From Mobula hypostoma (taxonomy: Eukaryota), in assembly GCF_963921235.1 (NCBI RefSeq), contig NC_086098.1, positions 4,898,001 through 4,962,000 of the forward strand: a stretch of 64,000 nucleotides of DNA, given 5' to 3'. Of this stretch, positions 12,754 through 25,170 are shown one piece after another (within the stretch, counting starts at the first letter, position 1; each line of letters starts with the position of its first letter). The notes under the pieces were generated by a model. That model was not told where the DNA came from. It worked only from the letters and a program-made list of their open reading frames with translations, and searched no databases. The translations under genes and the position numbers were made by a program.

Positions 12754-13280
12754 AAAATGCTGGAGGAACTCAGCAGGTTGGGCAGCATCTGTGATGAATA
12801 AACATTTACTATTTCAAGTCAAGACCCTTCATCAGGACTGGAAATGAAAGGGGCAGGAGCCGTAGAAAGAAAGGATGGAGTATGAGCTGGTAGGTAGATG
12901 GGGAAGGAAGATGAAGTAAGAAGTTGGGGAGGGGTAAGTTGGAGAGCTGTGGAAAGTGGGGAGTGTGGGAGGACACGATGAGTTTAGTGGTGGGTTCCCA
13001 TTGAAGACAATGGAAGTTACAAAGTATGACATGCTGGATGCTGAGGCTCGCGGTGGTGGTAGGTAAGGACAAGAGAAACTCTATCCCCGTTGAGGCAGCA
13101 GGAAGATGGGGTGAGGGCGGATGTCTGGGAGATGGGGGAGATGCAGGCGAGGACAGCGTCAATGGTACAGGAAGGGAAGCCCCGTTCTATGAAGGAGCAG
13201 AACATCTCTGGTGTTTTGGAATGGAAAGTCTCATCCTCAGAACAGATGCAACAGAGGCAGAAGAACTAAGAAAAGGGACA
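12754..13280 (-). mobile_element. Degenerate Penelope-like fragment (its terminus at ~11050-11100 is split off by the CR1)
   Basis: RGFPS...LVLTYH and LQWEPTTK similarity to ORF 31814..32581; pLTR end with a degenerate hammerhead at ~12805-12839. Confidence 0.75.
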
Positions 13281-14683
13281 GGGTGGGAGAGGTACACTGA
13301 ATGCAATCTATGTTCATATTATTGGACAGTCAGGTTGAAAATGAATAGTTATCAAATGGAAAGTATGGGACTTCAGCTACAATGATAGAGCTGAACTTCC
13401 TGGTATTTAGGTTATGGGCAGATCACAACCGTAAAAAAAATACCTGGGTAAAATAATCTATAACTTCTGCAAATTAAATACACGTAGCTTAGTTATGTCA
13501 GTTAATTACAGTATACGTAGCATCTTATTCAAGGTGTTAACAGGACTAATTCATTACTTTGTATTAAAAAAATCGATTAGAAGAATCCACGCTTTAAGAA
13601 GGGAGGAAGGCAAAAGAAAGGAAATTATAGGCCAGTTAGCCAAACCTCAGTGGTTGGGGAAGTATTGGAGTCTATTATTAAGGATGAAGTTTTGGGGTTC
13701 TTGGAGACGAATGATAAAATAAGTGAAAGTCAGCATAGTTTCTGTAAAGGGAAATCCTGCCTAACAAATCTGTTAAGAGTTCTTCGAGGAAGTAACAAGC
13801 AGGTGGACAACGGAGATGCAGTGGATGTCATTTACCCGGATTTTCAGAAGGCATTTGAAAAGGTGCCACACATGAGGCTGCTTAACAAAATAAAACCCTA
13901 TGGTGTTACAGGAAAGATACTGGCATGAATAGCAGAATGGCTGACATGCAGGAGGCAGTGAATGGGAATAAAGGCTGCCTTTTCTGGTTGGCTGCCAGTG
14001 ACTAGTGGTGTTCCTCAGGGGTCAGTATTGGGACTGCTGCTTTTCACATTGTTTGTCAATGATTTAGATAATGGAATTGATGGCTTTGTGGCAAAATTTG
14101 TGGAGGATACGAAGATAGGTGGAGAGGTAGGTATTGTTGACAAAACAATGCGATTGCTGCAGGACTTTGACAAATTGGAAGAATGGGCAAAAAATTGGCA
14201 GATGGAATACAGTGTTGGGAAATGTATGATAATGCATTTTGGTAAAAGAAACAATAGTGCGGATTAATTTCTAAATGGGGTGAAGGCTCAAACATCAGAT
14301 GTGCAGAGGAACTTAGGAGTCCTCATGCAAAATTCCCAGAAGGTTAATTTACAGGTTGAGTCTGTGGTTAAGAAGGCAAATGCTATGTTGGGATTTATTT
14401 CAAGGGAAATAGAATATAAAAACAAGGAGATATGCTGAGCCATTATAAGACACGAGGCAGGCTGTACTTGGGGAACTGTCAACAGTTTTGGGCCCCATAT
14501 CTCAGAAAGGATGTGTTGTCATAGGAGAGAGTCCAGAGGAGGTTCACGAGGATGATTCCAGGAAGGAAGGGATTAACAAATGAGGAGCATTTGGCAACTC
14601 TGGGCCGGAACTCACTGGAATTTAGAAGAATGTGTGGGGATCTCACTGAAACGAATGTTGAAAGGACGAGATAGGGTGGATAA

Positions 14684-17567
14684 GCCTGAAGGCTTTGTGT
14701 GTCAATGCAAGGAGCATTCGTAATAAGGTGGATGAATTGAAAGTGCAGATTGTTATTAATGAATATGATATAGTTGGGATCACAGAGACATGGCTCCAGG
14801 GTGACCAAGGATGGGAGATCATATCTTCAATATTCAGGAGGGATAGACATGAAAGAAAAGGAGGTGGGGTGGCATTGCTGGTCAGAGAGGAGATTAACGC
14901 AATAGAAAGGAAGGACATAAGCTGGGAGGATGTGGAATCGATATGGGTAGAGCTGCATAGCACTAAGCGGCAGAAAACGCTGGTGGGAGTTGTGTACAGG
15001 CCACTTAACAGTAGTAGTGAGATTGGGGATGGTATTAAACAGGAAATTAGAAATGTGAGCAATGAAGGAACAGCAGTTATAATGGGTGACTTCAATCTAC
15101 ATGTAGATTGGGTGAACCAAATTGGTAAGGGTGCTGAGGAAGAGGATTTCTTGGAATGTATGCAGGATGGCTTTTTGAACCAACATGTCGAGGAACCAAC
15201 TAGAGAGCAGGCTATTCTAGACTGGGTATTGAGCAATGAGGAAGGGTTAATTAGCAATCTTGTTGTGAGAGGCCCCTTGGGTAAGAGTGACCATAATATG
15301 GTGGAATTCTTCATTAAGATGGAGAGTGACATAGTTAATTCAGAAACAAAGGTTCTGAACTTAAAGAAGGGTAACTTTGAAGGTATGAGACATGAATTAG
15401 CTAAGATAGACTGGCAAATGACACTTAAAAGGGTTGACGGTGGATATGCAATGGCAAGCATTTAAAGATTGCATGGATGAACTACAACAATTGTTCATCC
15501 CAGTTTAGTAAAAGAATAAATCAAGGAAGGTAGTGCAACCATGGCTGACAAGGGAAATTAGGGATAGTATCAATTCCAAAGAAGAAGCATACAAATTAGC
15601 CAGAAAAAGTGGCTCACCTGAGGACTGGGAGAAATTCAGAGTTCAGCAGAGGAGGACAAAGGGCTTAATTAGGAAGGGGAAAAAAGAATTTGAGAGAAAA
15701 CTGGCAGGGAACATAAAAACTGACTGTAAAAGCTTTTATAGATATGTGAAAAGAAAAAGATTGGTTAAGACAAATGTAGGTCCCCTACAGACAGAAACAG
15801 GTGAATTGATTATGGGGAGCAAGGACATGGCAGACCAATTGAATAATTACTTTGGTCTGTCTTTACTAAGGAAGACATAAATAATCTTCCGGAAATAGTA
15901 GGGGACAGAGGGTCCAGTGAGATGGAGGAACTGAGGGAAATACATGTTAGTGGGGAAGTGGTGTTAGGTAAATTGAAGGGATTGAAGGCAGATAAATCCC
16001 CAGGGCCAGATGGTCTGCATCCCAGAGTGCTTAAGGAAGTAGCCCAAGAAATAGTGGATGCATTAGTAATAATTTTTCAAAACTCGTTAGATTCTGGACT
16101 AGTTCCTGAGGATTGGAGGGTGGCCAATGTAACCCCACTTTTTAAAAAAAGGAGGGAGAGAGAAACCAGGGAATTATAGACCCGTTAGCCTAACATCGGT
16201 GGTGGGGAAACTGCTAGAGTCAGTTACCAAAGATGTGATAACAGCACATTTGGAAAGTGGTGAAATCATTGGATAAAGTCAGCATGGATTTGTGAAAGGA
16301 AAATCATGTCTGACGAATCTCATGGAATTTTTTGAGGATGTAACTGGTAGAGTGGATGGGGGAGAACCAGTGAATGTGGTGTATTTGGATTTTCAAAAGG
16401 CTTTTGACAAGGTCCCACACAGGAGATTAGTGTGCAAACTTAAAGCACACGGTATTGGGGGTATTGATGTGGATAGAGAATTGGTTGGCAGACAGGAAGC
16501 AAAGAGTGGAAATAAACGGGACCTTTTCAGAATGGCAGGCTGTGACTAGTGGGGTACCGCAAGGCTCAGTGCTGGGACCCCAGTTGTTTACAATATATAT
16601 TAATGACTTGGATGAGGGAATTAAATGCAGCATCTCCAAGTTTGCGGATGACACGAAGCTGGGCGGCAGTGTTAGCTGTGAGGAGGATGCTAAGAGGATG
16701 CAGGGTGACTTGGATAGGTTAAGTGAGTGGGCAAATTCATGGCAGATGCAATTTAATGTGGATAAATGTGAAGTTATCCACTTTGGTGGCAAAAATAGGA
16801 AAACAGATTATTATCTGAATGGTGGCCGATTAGGAAAAGGGGAGGTGCAACGAGACCTGGGTGTCATTATACACCAGTCATTGAAAGTGGGTATGCAGGT
16901 ACAGCAGGCGGTGAAAAAGGCGAATGGTATGCTGGCATTTATAGCAAGAGGATTCGAGTGAAGGAGCAGGGAGGTACTACTGCAGTTGTACAAGGCCTTG
17001 GTGAGACCACACCTGGAGTATTGTGTGCAGTTTTGGTCCCCTAATCTGAGGAAAGACATCTTTGCCATAGAGGGAGTACAAAGAAGGTTCACCAGATTGA
17101 TTCCTGGGATGGCAGGACTTTCATATGAAGAAAGACTGGATGAACTGGGCTTGTACTCGTTGGAATTTAGAAGATTGAGGGGGGATCTGATTGAAATGTA
17201 TAAAATCCTAAAGGGATTGGACAGGCTAGATGCAGGAAGATTGTTCCTGATGTTGGGGAAGTCCAGAACGAGGGGTCACAGTTTGAGGATAAAGGGGAAG
17301 CCTTTTAGGACCGAGATTAGGAAAAACTTCTTCACACAGAGAGTGGTGAATCTGTGGAATTCTCTGCCACAGGAAACAGTTGAGGCCAGTTCATTGGCTA
17401 TATTTAAGAGGGAGTTAGATATGGCCCTTGTGGCTAAAGGGATCGGGGGTATGGAGGGAAGGCTGGTACAGGGTTCTGAGTTGGATGATCAGCCATGATC
17501 ATACTGAATGGCGGTGCAGGCTCAAAGGGCCGAATGGCCTACTCCTGCACCTATTTTCTATGTTTCT
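14684..17567 (+). mobile_element. CR1 LINE ORF2 (APE endonuclease + RT), several stops and frameshifts
   Basis: NARSIRNK, GITETWL, GDFN and SDH (APE); RT motifs; tail. Highly similar to 11115-12753. Confidence 0.95.
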
Positions 17568-17758
17568 ATGTGGAGAAGATGTTTCCTACGGTGGGGGTAT
17601 CGAGAACTAGAAGGCACAGCATCAAAATTGAGAGGTGACCCTTTTGAACAGAGGCAAGGAGGAATTTTGTTAGCCAGAGAAGAGTGAATCTGTGGAATGC
17701 TCCACAGTATAGGCCAAGTCCATGGGTATATTTAAGGCAGAAGTTGATCGTTTCTTGA

Positions 17759-20700
17759 ACATATAACCACATAACAATTCCAGCATGGAAACAGGCCATC
17801 TCGGCCCTTCTAGTCCTTGCTGAACTCTTACTCTCACCTAGTCCCACCGACCTGCACTCAGCCCATAACCCTCCATTCCTTTCCTGTCCATATATCTACC
17901 CAATTTAACTTTAAACGACAACATCGAACCTGCCTCAACCACTTCTGCTGGAAGCTCGTTCCACACAGCTACCACTCTCTGAGTAAAGAAGTTCCCCCTC
18001 ATGTTACCCCTAAACTTTTGCCCTTTAACTCTCAACTCATGTCCTCTTGTTTGAATCTCCCCCACTCTCAATGGAAAAAGCCTATCCACGTCAACTCTAT
18101 CTATTCCCCTCATAATTTTAAATACCTCTATCAAGTCCCCCCTCAACCTTCCACACTCCAAAGAATAAAGACCCGACATGTTCAACCTTTCTCTGTAACT
18201 TAGGGGATGAAACCCAGGTAACATTTGAGTAAATCTCCTCTGTACTCTCTCAATTTTATTGACATCTTTCCTATAATTCAGTGACCAGAACTGTACACAG
18301 TACTCCAAATTTGGTCTTACCAATGCCTTATACAATTTCAACATTACATCCGAACTATACTCAATGTAAATACGAGGAATTCTGCAGATGCTGGAAATTC
18401 AAACAACACACATCAAAGTTGCTGGTGAACGCAGCAGGCCAGGCAGCATCTCTAGGAAGAGGTACAGTCGACGTTTGTTGTTTGCTTGCTCGGTTATCAA
18501 TGCTATATCCTGTACTCAATGCTCTGATTTATAAAGGCCAGCATACCAAACGCTTTCTTCACCATCCTATCCACATGATATTCCACCTTCAGGGAGCTAT
18601 GCACCATTATTCCTATCCCTCTGTTCTACTGCATTCTTCAATGCCCTACCATTTACCATGTATGTCCTATTTTGATTCGTCCTACCAAAATGTAGCACCT
18701 CACATTTATCAGCATTAAAAGCCATCTGCCATCTTTCAGTCCACTCTTCTAAGAGATCTAAATCTCTCTGCAAGCTTTGAAAACCTACTTCATTATCCAC
18801 AACTCCACCTATCTTAGTATCATCTGCATACTTACTCATCCAATTTACCACCCCATCATCCAGATCATTAATATATATGACAAACAACATTGGACCCAGT
18901 ACAGATCCCTGAAGCACACCACGAGACACCGTCCTCCAATCTGACACACAGTTATCCACCACTACTCTCTGGCGTCTCCCATCCAGCCACTGCTGAATCC
19001 ATTTAACTACTTCCATATTAATACCTAACGATTGAACTTTCCTAACTAACCTTCCGTGTGGAACCCTGTCAAAGGCCTTACTGAAGTCCGTATAGACAAC
19101 ATCCACCGCTTTACCCTCGTCAACTTTCCTAGTAACCTCTTCAAAAAATTCAGTAAGATTTGTCAAACATGACCTTCCACGCACAAATCCATGTTGACTG
19201 TTCCTAATCAGACCCTGTCCATCCAGATAATTATATATACCATCTCCAAGAATACTCTCCATCAATTTACCCACCACTGACATCAAACTCACAGGCCGAT
19301 AATTGCTAGGTTTACTCTTAGAACCCTTTTTAAACAATGGAACAACTTGAGCAATACGCCAATCCTCCGGCACCATCCCCGTTTCTAATGACATTTGAAC
19401 TAACTTCCCTCAAGGTCCTAGGGAATATCCTGTCCGGACTCGGAGACTTATCCACTTTTATATTTCTTAAAAGTGCAAGTACTTCCTCTTCTTTAATCAT
19501 CATACTTTCTATAACTACCCTTCTTGTTTCCCTTACCTTACACAATGTAATATCCTTCTCCTTAGTGAATACCGAAGAAATTGTTCAAAATCTCCCACAT
19601 CTCTTTTGGCTCCGCACATAGCCGTCCACTCTGATTCTCTAAGGGACCAATTTTATCCCTCACTATCCTTTTGCTATTAATATAACTGTAGAAACCCTTT
19701 GAATTTATTTTCACCTTACTTGCCAAAGCAGCCTCATATCTTCTTTTAGCTTTCCTAATTTCTTTCTTAAGATTCTTTTTACATTCTTTGTATTCCTCGA
19801 GCACCTCATTAACTCCAAGCTGCCTATATTTACTGCAGATCCCTCTCTTTTTCTGAACCAGGTTTCTAATATCCCTTGAAAACCATGGCTCTCTCAAACT
19901 TTTAACCTTTCCTTTCAACCTAACAGGAACATGAAGATCCTGTACCCTCAAACTGTCACCTTTAAATGACCTCCATTTCTCTATTACATCCTTCCCATAA
20001 ATCAAATTGTCCCAATGCACTCCTTCTAAATCCTTTCGCATCTCCTCAAAGTTAGCCTTTCTCCAATCAAAAATCTCAACCCTGGGTCCAGTCCTATCCT
20101 TCTCCATAATTATATTGAAACTAATGGTATTGTGATCACTGGACCCGAAGTGCTCCCCAATACATACCTCCGTCACCTGACCTATCTCATTCCCTAACAG
20201 GAGATCCAACACTGCCCCTTCTCTAGCTGGTACCTCTATGTATTGCTGCAAAAAACTATCTTGCACACATTTGACAGACTCCAAACCATCCAGCCCTTTT
20301 ACAGAATGGGCTTCCCAATCAATGTGTGGAAAACCAAAACCTCCCACAATCACAACTTTGTGCTTACCACAAATATCTGCTATCTCCTTACAAATGTGCT
20401 CCTCCAATTCTTGCTCCCCATTAGGTGGTCTATAATACACCCCTATAAGCATCACTACACCTTTCTCATTCCTCAATTCCACCCAAATAGCCTCCCTAGA
20501 CGAGTCCTCTTTTCTATCCTGCCAAAGCACCACTTTATATTTTCTCTGACAAGCAATGCAACACCTCCCCCTCTTGCCCCTCCGATTCTATCACACCTGA
20601 AGCAATGAAATCCAGGAATATTCAGTTGCCAATCACACCCCTCCTGCAACCATGTTTCACTAATAGCTACAACATCATATTTCCAGGTATCAATCCATGC

Positions 20701-21858
20701 TCTAAGCTCATCCACCTTTCTTACAATGCTCCTAGCATTAAAATAAATGCATTTAAGAAACTCTCCACCTCTTACTCTCTGTTCATCCCTAAAGGAGCAA
20801 ACAACTTTGTTATCTTTTTCTTCCTTCTCCCCTACATCTTCAGTCTGAATGCTCCCGTTCTCTGTCTCCTGTCTATCCTCCCTCATACACTGTCTACTAG
20901 CTTTCTCTATTTGTGAACTAACCACCTCTCTCCTAGTCTCTTTAATTTGATTCCTACCCCCCAACCATTCTAGTTTAATCTCCCCAGTAGCCTTCGCAAA
21001 CCTCCCCGCCAGGATATTGGTCCCCCTAGGATTCAAGTGCAACCCGTCCTTTTTGTACAGGTCACACCTGAGCCAAAACAGGTTCCAATGATCCAAAAAC
21101 TTGAATCCCTGCCCCCTGCTCCAATCCCTCAGCCACGCATTTATGCTCCATCTCATTCCATTCCTACTCTCACTGTTGCGTAGCACAGGCAGTAATCCCG
21201 AGATTACTACCTTTGCGGTCCTTCTTCTCAACTCCCTTCCTAACTCCCTATATTCTCCTTTCAGGACCTCTTCCCTTTTCCGACCTATGTCATTGATACT
21301 TATATGTACCACGACCTCTGGCTCCTCACCCTCCCACTTCAGGATATCTTGGACGCAATCAGAAATATCCCGGACCCTGGCACTAGGGAGGCAAACTACC
21401 ATCCGGGTCTCCTGACTGCGTCCACAGAATCGCCTATCTGACCCCCTAACTATCGAGTCCCCTATTACTACTGCCCTCCTCTTCCTTTCCCTACCCTTCT
21501 GAGCTACAAGGACGGAGGCACGGCCACTGTCGCTTCCCCCAGGTAAGCTGTCCCCCCCAACAGTACTCAAACAGGAGTACTTATTGTCAAGGGGCACAGC
21601 CACTGGGGTACTCTCTATTACCTGACCCTTCCCCTTCCTAACCATGACCTACTTGTCTGCCTCGTGGCCCTGGTGTGACCACCTGCCTGTAACTCCTCTC
21701 TATCAATTCCTCACTCTCCCTGACCAGACAAAGGTCATCGAGCTGCAGCTCCAGTTCCCTAACACGGTCTTTTAGGAGCTACAGCTCTGTGCACCTGGCG
21801 CAGGTGTGGACGTCCGGGAGGCTAGGAGGCTCCAGGAGCTCCCACATCCGACACCAAG
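17759..21858 (-). mobile_element. Near full-length CR1 LINE with zinc-finger/coiled-coil + SGNH esterase ORF1 and APE-RT ORF2, disrupted
   Basis: VIGDSIVRG and DGLHLN esterase motifs (ORF 20473..21645), APE (19562..20533), RT with YADD (18597..19394), C-terminus 17838..18344. Confidence 0.93.
18367..18476 (-). mobile_element. Short Penelope pLTR tail fragment inside a CR1
   Basis: Matches the reverse complement of 32965-33070; flanked by tactcaatg repeats (~18358 and ~18513). Confidence 0.75.
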
Positions 21859-22118
21859 ATCAGTCAGGGCATCGAAAGATATAGCGAGAACGCAGGTGAA
21901 TGGGATCTGGAATCAGCCGTGATGGAATGGCAGAGCAAATTCGATGGGCTGAATGGACTAATTCTGCTCCTACATCTTATGATCTAAGTCAGCGGGTCAA
22001 GCAGCATCTACGGATCAAAGAGATAGTCAACAGCGTGGGTCAAGAACCTTCATCAGGACTCCCCAATTTAATTTTTTAAAACTAATTTGATGGATAAGAG
22101 TGACATCTTAATCGATAC

Positions 22119-22249
22119 CTAGTCACCGCACTGAAAAGTCCACGAATCCTGGCCTTGTGTTGGGCAATGAACGCATCTGTGAAAATGACACCTCGATCAT
22201 AGGTGTCCATCTGTCCATTTATAATTCTGCCGAGGCGACGTGATAATTC
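22119..22249 (-). CDS. UFL1: UFL1 coding exon 6 ([43 protein letters not shown])
   Basis: Within ORF 22082..22294. tttttaaag acceptor, gtatcg donor. 131 nt. Confidence 0.96.
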
Positions 22250-23992
22250 CTTTAAAAATTTAAAACAGAGAAACATATAAAGGTGCAGGAACATAGCAAC
22301 GAAAGCTCTTGTCTAAAATGTGTCAACATATTGGTTGTAAAGTGACAGAGTTCAGGACTTAATTATTTTACTGAATCTGCCTTAGGGTTCAAGCAAAGGC
22401 CTGATCAAGCAAAGTGAGCTTGAGCTCCCCTTCAGTGCACTGATCACCATATGGGCATTCATTGCAAGGTGAGGGAATGTTGAAGACCGCTGTTCTATTT
22501 TAACAATTTTTTTATATAAGATTTGTACTTTTTAAACAAACACGTATTTTTCACACTCACTGGCAGAAAGCGGTATAGCAGCTAAACTTTATTACCTTTC
22601 CCGTTTTTCATTGGCTAAGTATTAGCACATTACCCACATGATATAATTGATTTAATTATGAAGCCTATCTGCTAGTTTACTCCTATCTAAGGAATGTCAT
22701 CAATAAAAGGGACAGATTTTTTCAGAGGCCTTCCTGGCTTTTTAAAAATTTGTCTTTGCATTAATTCCCCACTTAGCATCATTTTTCAGCTCTTTATTTA
22801 GTATCTGCATGTTTGTTTGTACTCCAAAATGAACTGAAATCTTGGAATTAAGACTACCTGTCATTCCTGACTCCTGGAAAATCAGAAAACAAACTGAGAT
22901 CCAACAGAAAGATGAATGTGACTCTTTCATAGGCTTTGGGGCTTATAAGTGCCTCAAATGTTTCAACATGACATCTGATATGTATATTAGTTGCTATAGT
23001 AATATAGTTGCTATATTAGGCAGCTTATGGATAAGATCAGTAAGTGGATATTGAACTTCAAACCATCACTGCTGGCTTCAATTCAACTGGTTCTAATCTG
23101 CCTACTCTGCATATTTCTGACGCGTTTACATTACTACCTCACCCACATAGCATGTGCCCTGTTATGTACTACACAAGTCTGCATATGCATCAGGTGCCTT
23201 TCCTAATTGTCTTGGCACCTGTAGTATTTTTTTTAAAGCCACACTATCCAGCTAGTCTTAAACTCCTAACACATTACCATCTACAGTCAAAACTGGTAGC
23301 ACCTGAAAGATGTAAAATTATCTTATAATCTTAACAATAGCAGTAAAAGAATGTCTATATTCAAAGTTATGGGAACCAGTGAGTACTTTAGAACTGAAGC
23401 TCCCACACTACACAAAATCAATCTGTTCTTAAACACAGGAGATTCTGCAGAGTATCAGAGACAAAATGCTGGAGGAACTCAGCAGGTCAGGAAACATCTA
23501 TGGAGAGGAATAACCAGTCATCATTTCAGGCTAAGATCCTTCGGCAAGACCTGCTTCTATGCTGTAGTGTTCTATGACTCAATTGTGTTAAAAAAAATTT
23601 CAGATTTCTTATTGCAGATAACATTTTCAATTTATAACTTAAATTGTTCAGTTGGAGAATAGAAATAAAAACATGAAATGCTGAAAATATTCCACAACTT
23701 TTGATGATCCAGGTTGTGGGGCATCAAGCTACAAAGCACAAAAGCATGCCAGACAGATTCAAAGTGCCACTATCACAATGCTCTGCGATATATACTTACG
23801 TTACATTTTGAATTATTCTATTTTTATTCCATTTGTAATTGATGGTTCCAGGTTTAGTCAGTTTTATTAGTTAGAAAACCTGATAGTGTTTCAACCAATT
23901 ACACAGAGAACTATTGGTAAACCTTTTACAACCTGACTGCTGTATATCAGTGGTTATGATATTTTACCCATCATGGAAAATTAACCACTCAC

Positions 23993-24107
23993 CTCTGTGA
24001 GAAAGTCAATTGGAAGATCATACAATTTACAGAGTTCTGCTATGGTCACATGCCCAGCTTCCTGCAGGCGATCGTTTACCTCTTCTGCCATTCGATCCAG
24101 GTAGGCT
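23993..24107 (-). CDS. UFL1: UFL1 coding exon 5 ([38 protein letters not shown])
   Basis: aaactag acceptor, gtgagt donor. 115 nt. Confidence 0.95.
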
Positions 24108-24141
24108 CTAGTTTAAAAAGCAACAACAATACTTAGTCTTG

Positions 24142-24440
24142 ATGTGGTATATTAATGCAATGGTTAGTGCAATCACTTTACAGCAGCAGTAATCACTGAC
24201 AGGGGTTCAATTCCTGTAGCCATCTGCAAGGAGATTGTATATTCTCCCCGTGACTGCATGGGAATTCTCCCAGTTTTCCGGTTTCTTCCCACACTCGTAC
24301 GGTTAGGGTTAGTAAGGAGTGGGTATGCTAAGTTGGCACCAGAAATGTAAAGACACTTGTGGGTTGCCCCAGAACAATTATAGCTGATTTGACACAAACG
24401 ATGTACTTCACTGTATATTTCAATATACATGTGACAAATA
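24142..24440 (+). mobile_element. tRNA-headed V-SINE-like element
   Basis: B-box-like ggttcaattcc, V domain 'ttctccccgtgactgcatggg' and 'acatgtgacaaataa' tail. Similar copies at 26888-27200 (+), 48395-48672 (+) and 58760-58970 (-). Confidence 0.7.
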
Positions 24441-24597
24441 ATCTCTGACGATTTTATAAACTTAAGTTAGCCATTTGAAGTTAATATAAGTGTCGGCAAC
24501 TTGCGTATCAAACTACTGTTGAGCAAATAAATGTTATGTAATTTAAAAAGTAGTATTTCAAATACTGTCACTATTTACCTGTTTTCAGATTCATAAT

Positions 24598-25170
24598 TAG
24601 TCATAGAGAAGTACAGCACAGAAACAGGCCCTTCTGTCCAGCTGGTCCGTACCGAACCACTTAAACTGCCTATTCCCATTGACCTGCACCAGGACCAAAG
24701 CCCTCCATACCCTTACTATCCATTTACTTATCCAAATTTCTCCAAAATGATGAAATCAAGCTCACATGTACCACTTGTGCTGGCAGCTCATTCCACACTC
24801 TCACAACCCGCTGAGTGAAGAAGTTTCCCCTCATGTTCCTCTTAAACTTTTCAGCTTTCACCCTTAAGCCATGACCTCTGGTTGTAGTCCCACCCAAGCT
24901 CAGTGGAAAAACCCTGCTTGCATTTACCCTATCAGTACCCCTCATAATTTTGTGTACCTCTATCAAATCTGCTCTGAGTCTTCTATGCTCCAAGGAATAA
25001 AATCCTAATCTATTCAATCTTTCCTTATAACTCAGGCGCTCCAGACCCAGCAACATCCTTGTAAATCTGCTCCGCACGCTTTCAACTTTGTTTATATCTT
25101 TCCTGTAGGCAGGTGACCAAAACTGCACACAAAACTCCAAATTAGGCGTCATCTTATACAACTTGACATA
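24598..25170 (-). mobile_element. CR1 3' fragment
   Basis: PNLEFCVQFWSP and FFTQRVVRVWN motifs. Confidence 0.9.

Larger units (their letters stand above)
13590..21986 (+). mobile_element. Older CR1 copy split into three pieces (13590-14683, 17568-17758, ~21859-21986) by two younger CR1s
   Basis: The reading is continuous across both insertions (gatagggtggat|gtggagaagatgtttcc; tttcttga|tcagtcagggcatc). Confidence 0.75.

Noticed and set aside
14643..15461. 272-aa minus-strand ORF and similar antisense ORFs over LINEs
   Set aside because: Antisense shadows of CR1 ORF2 with no independent domain signal.
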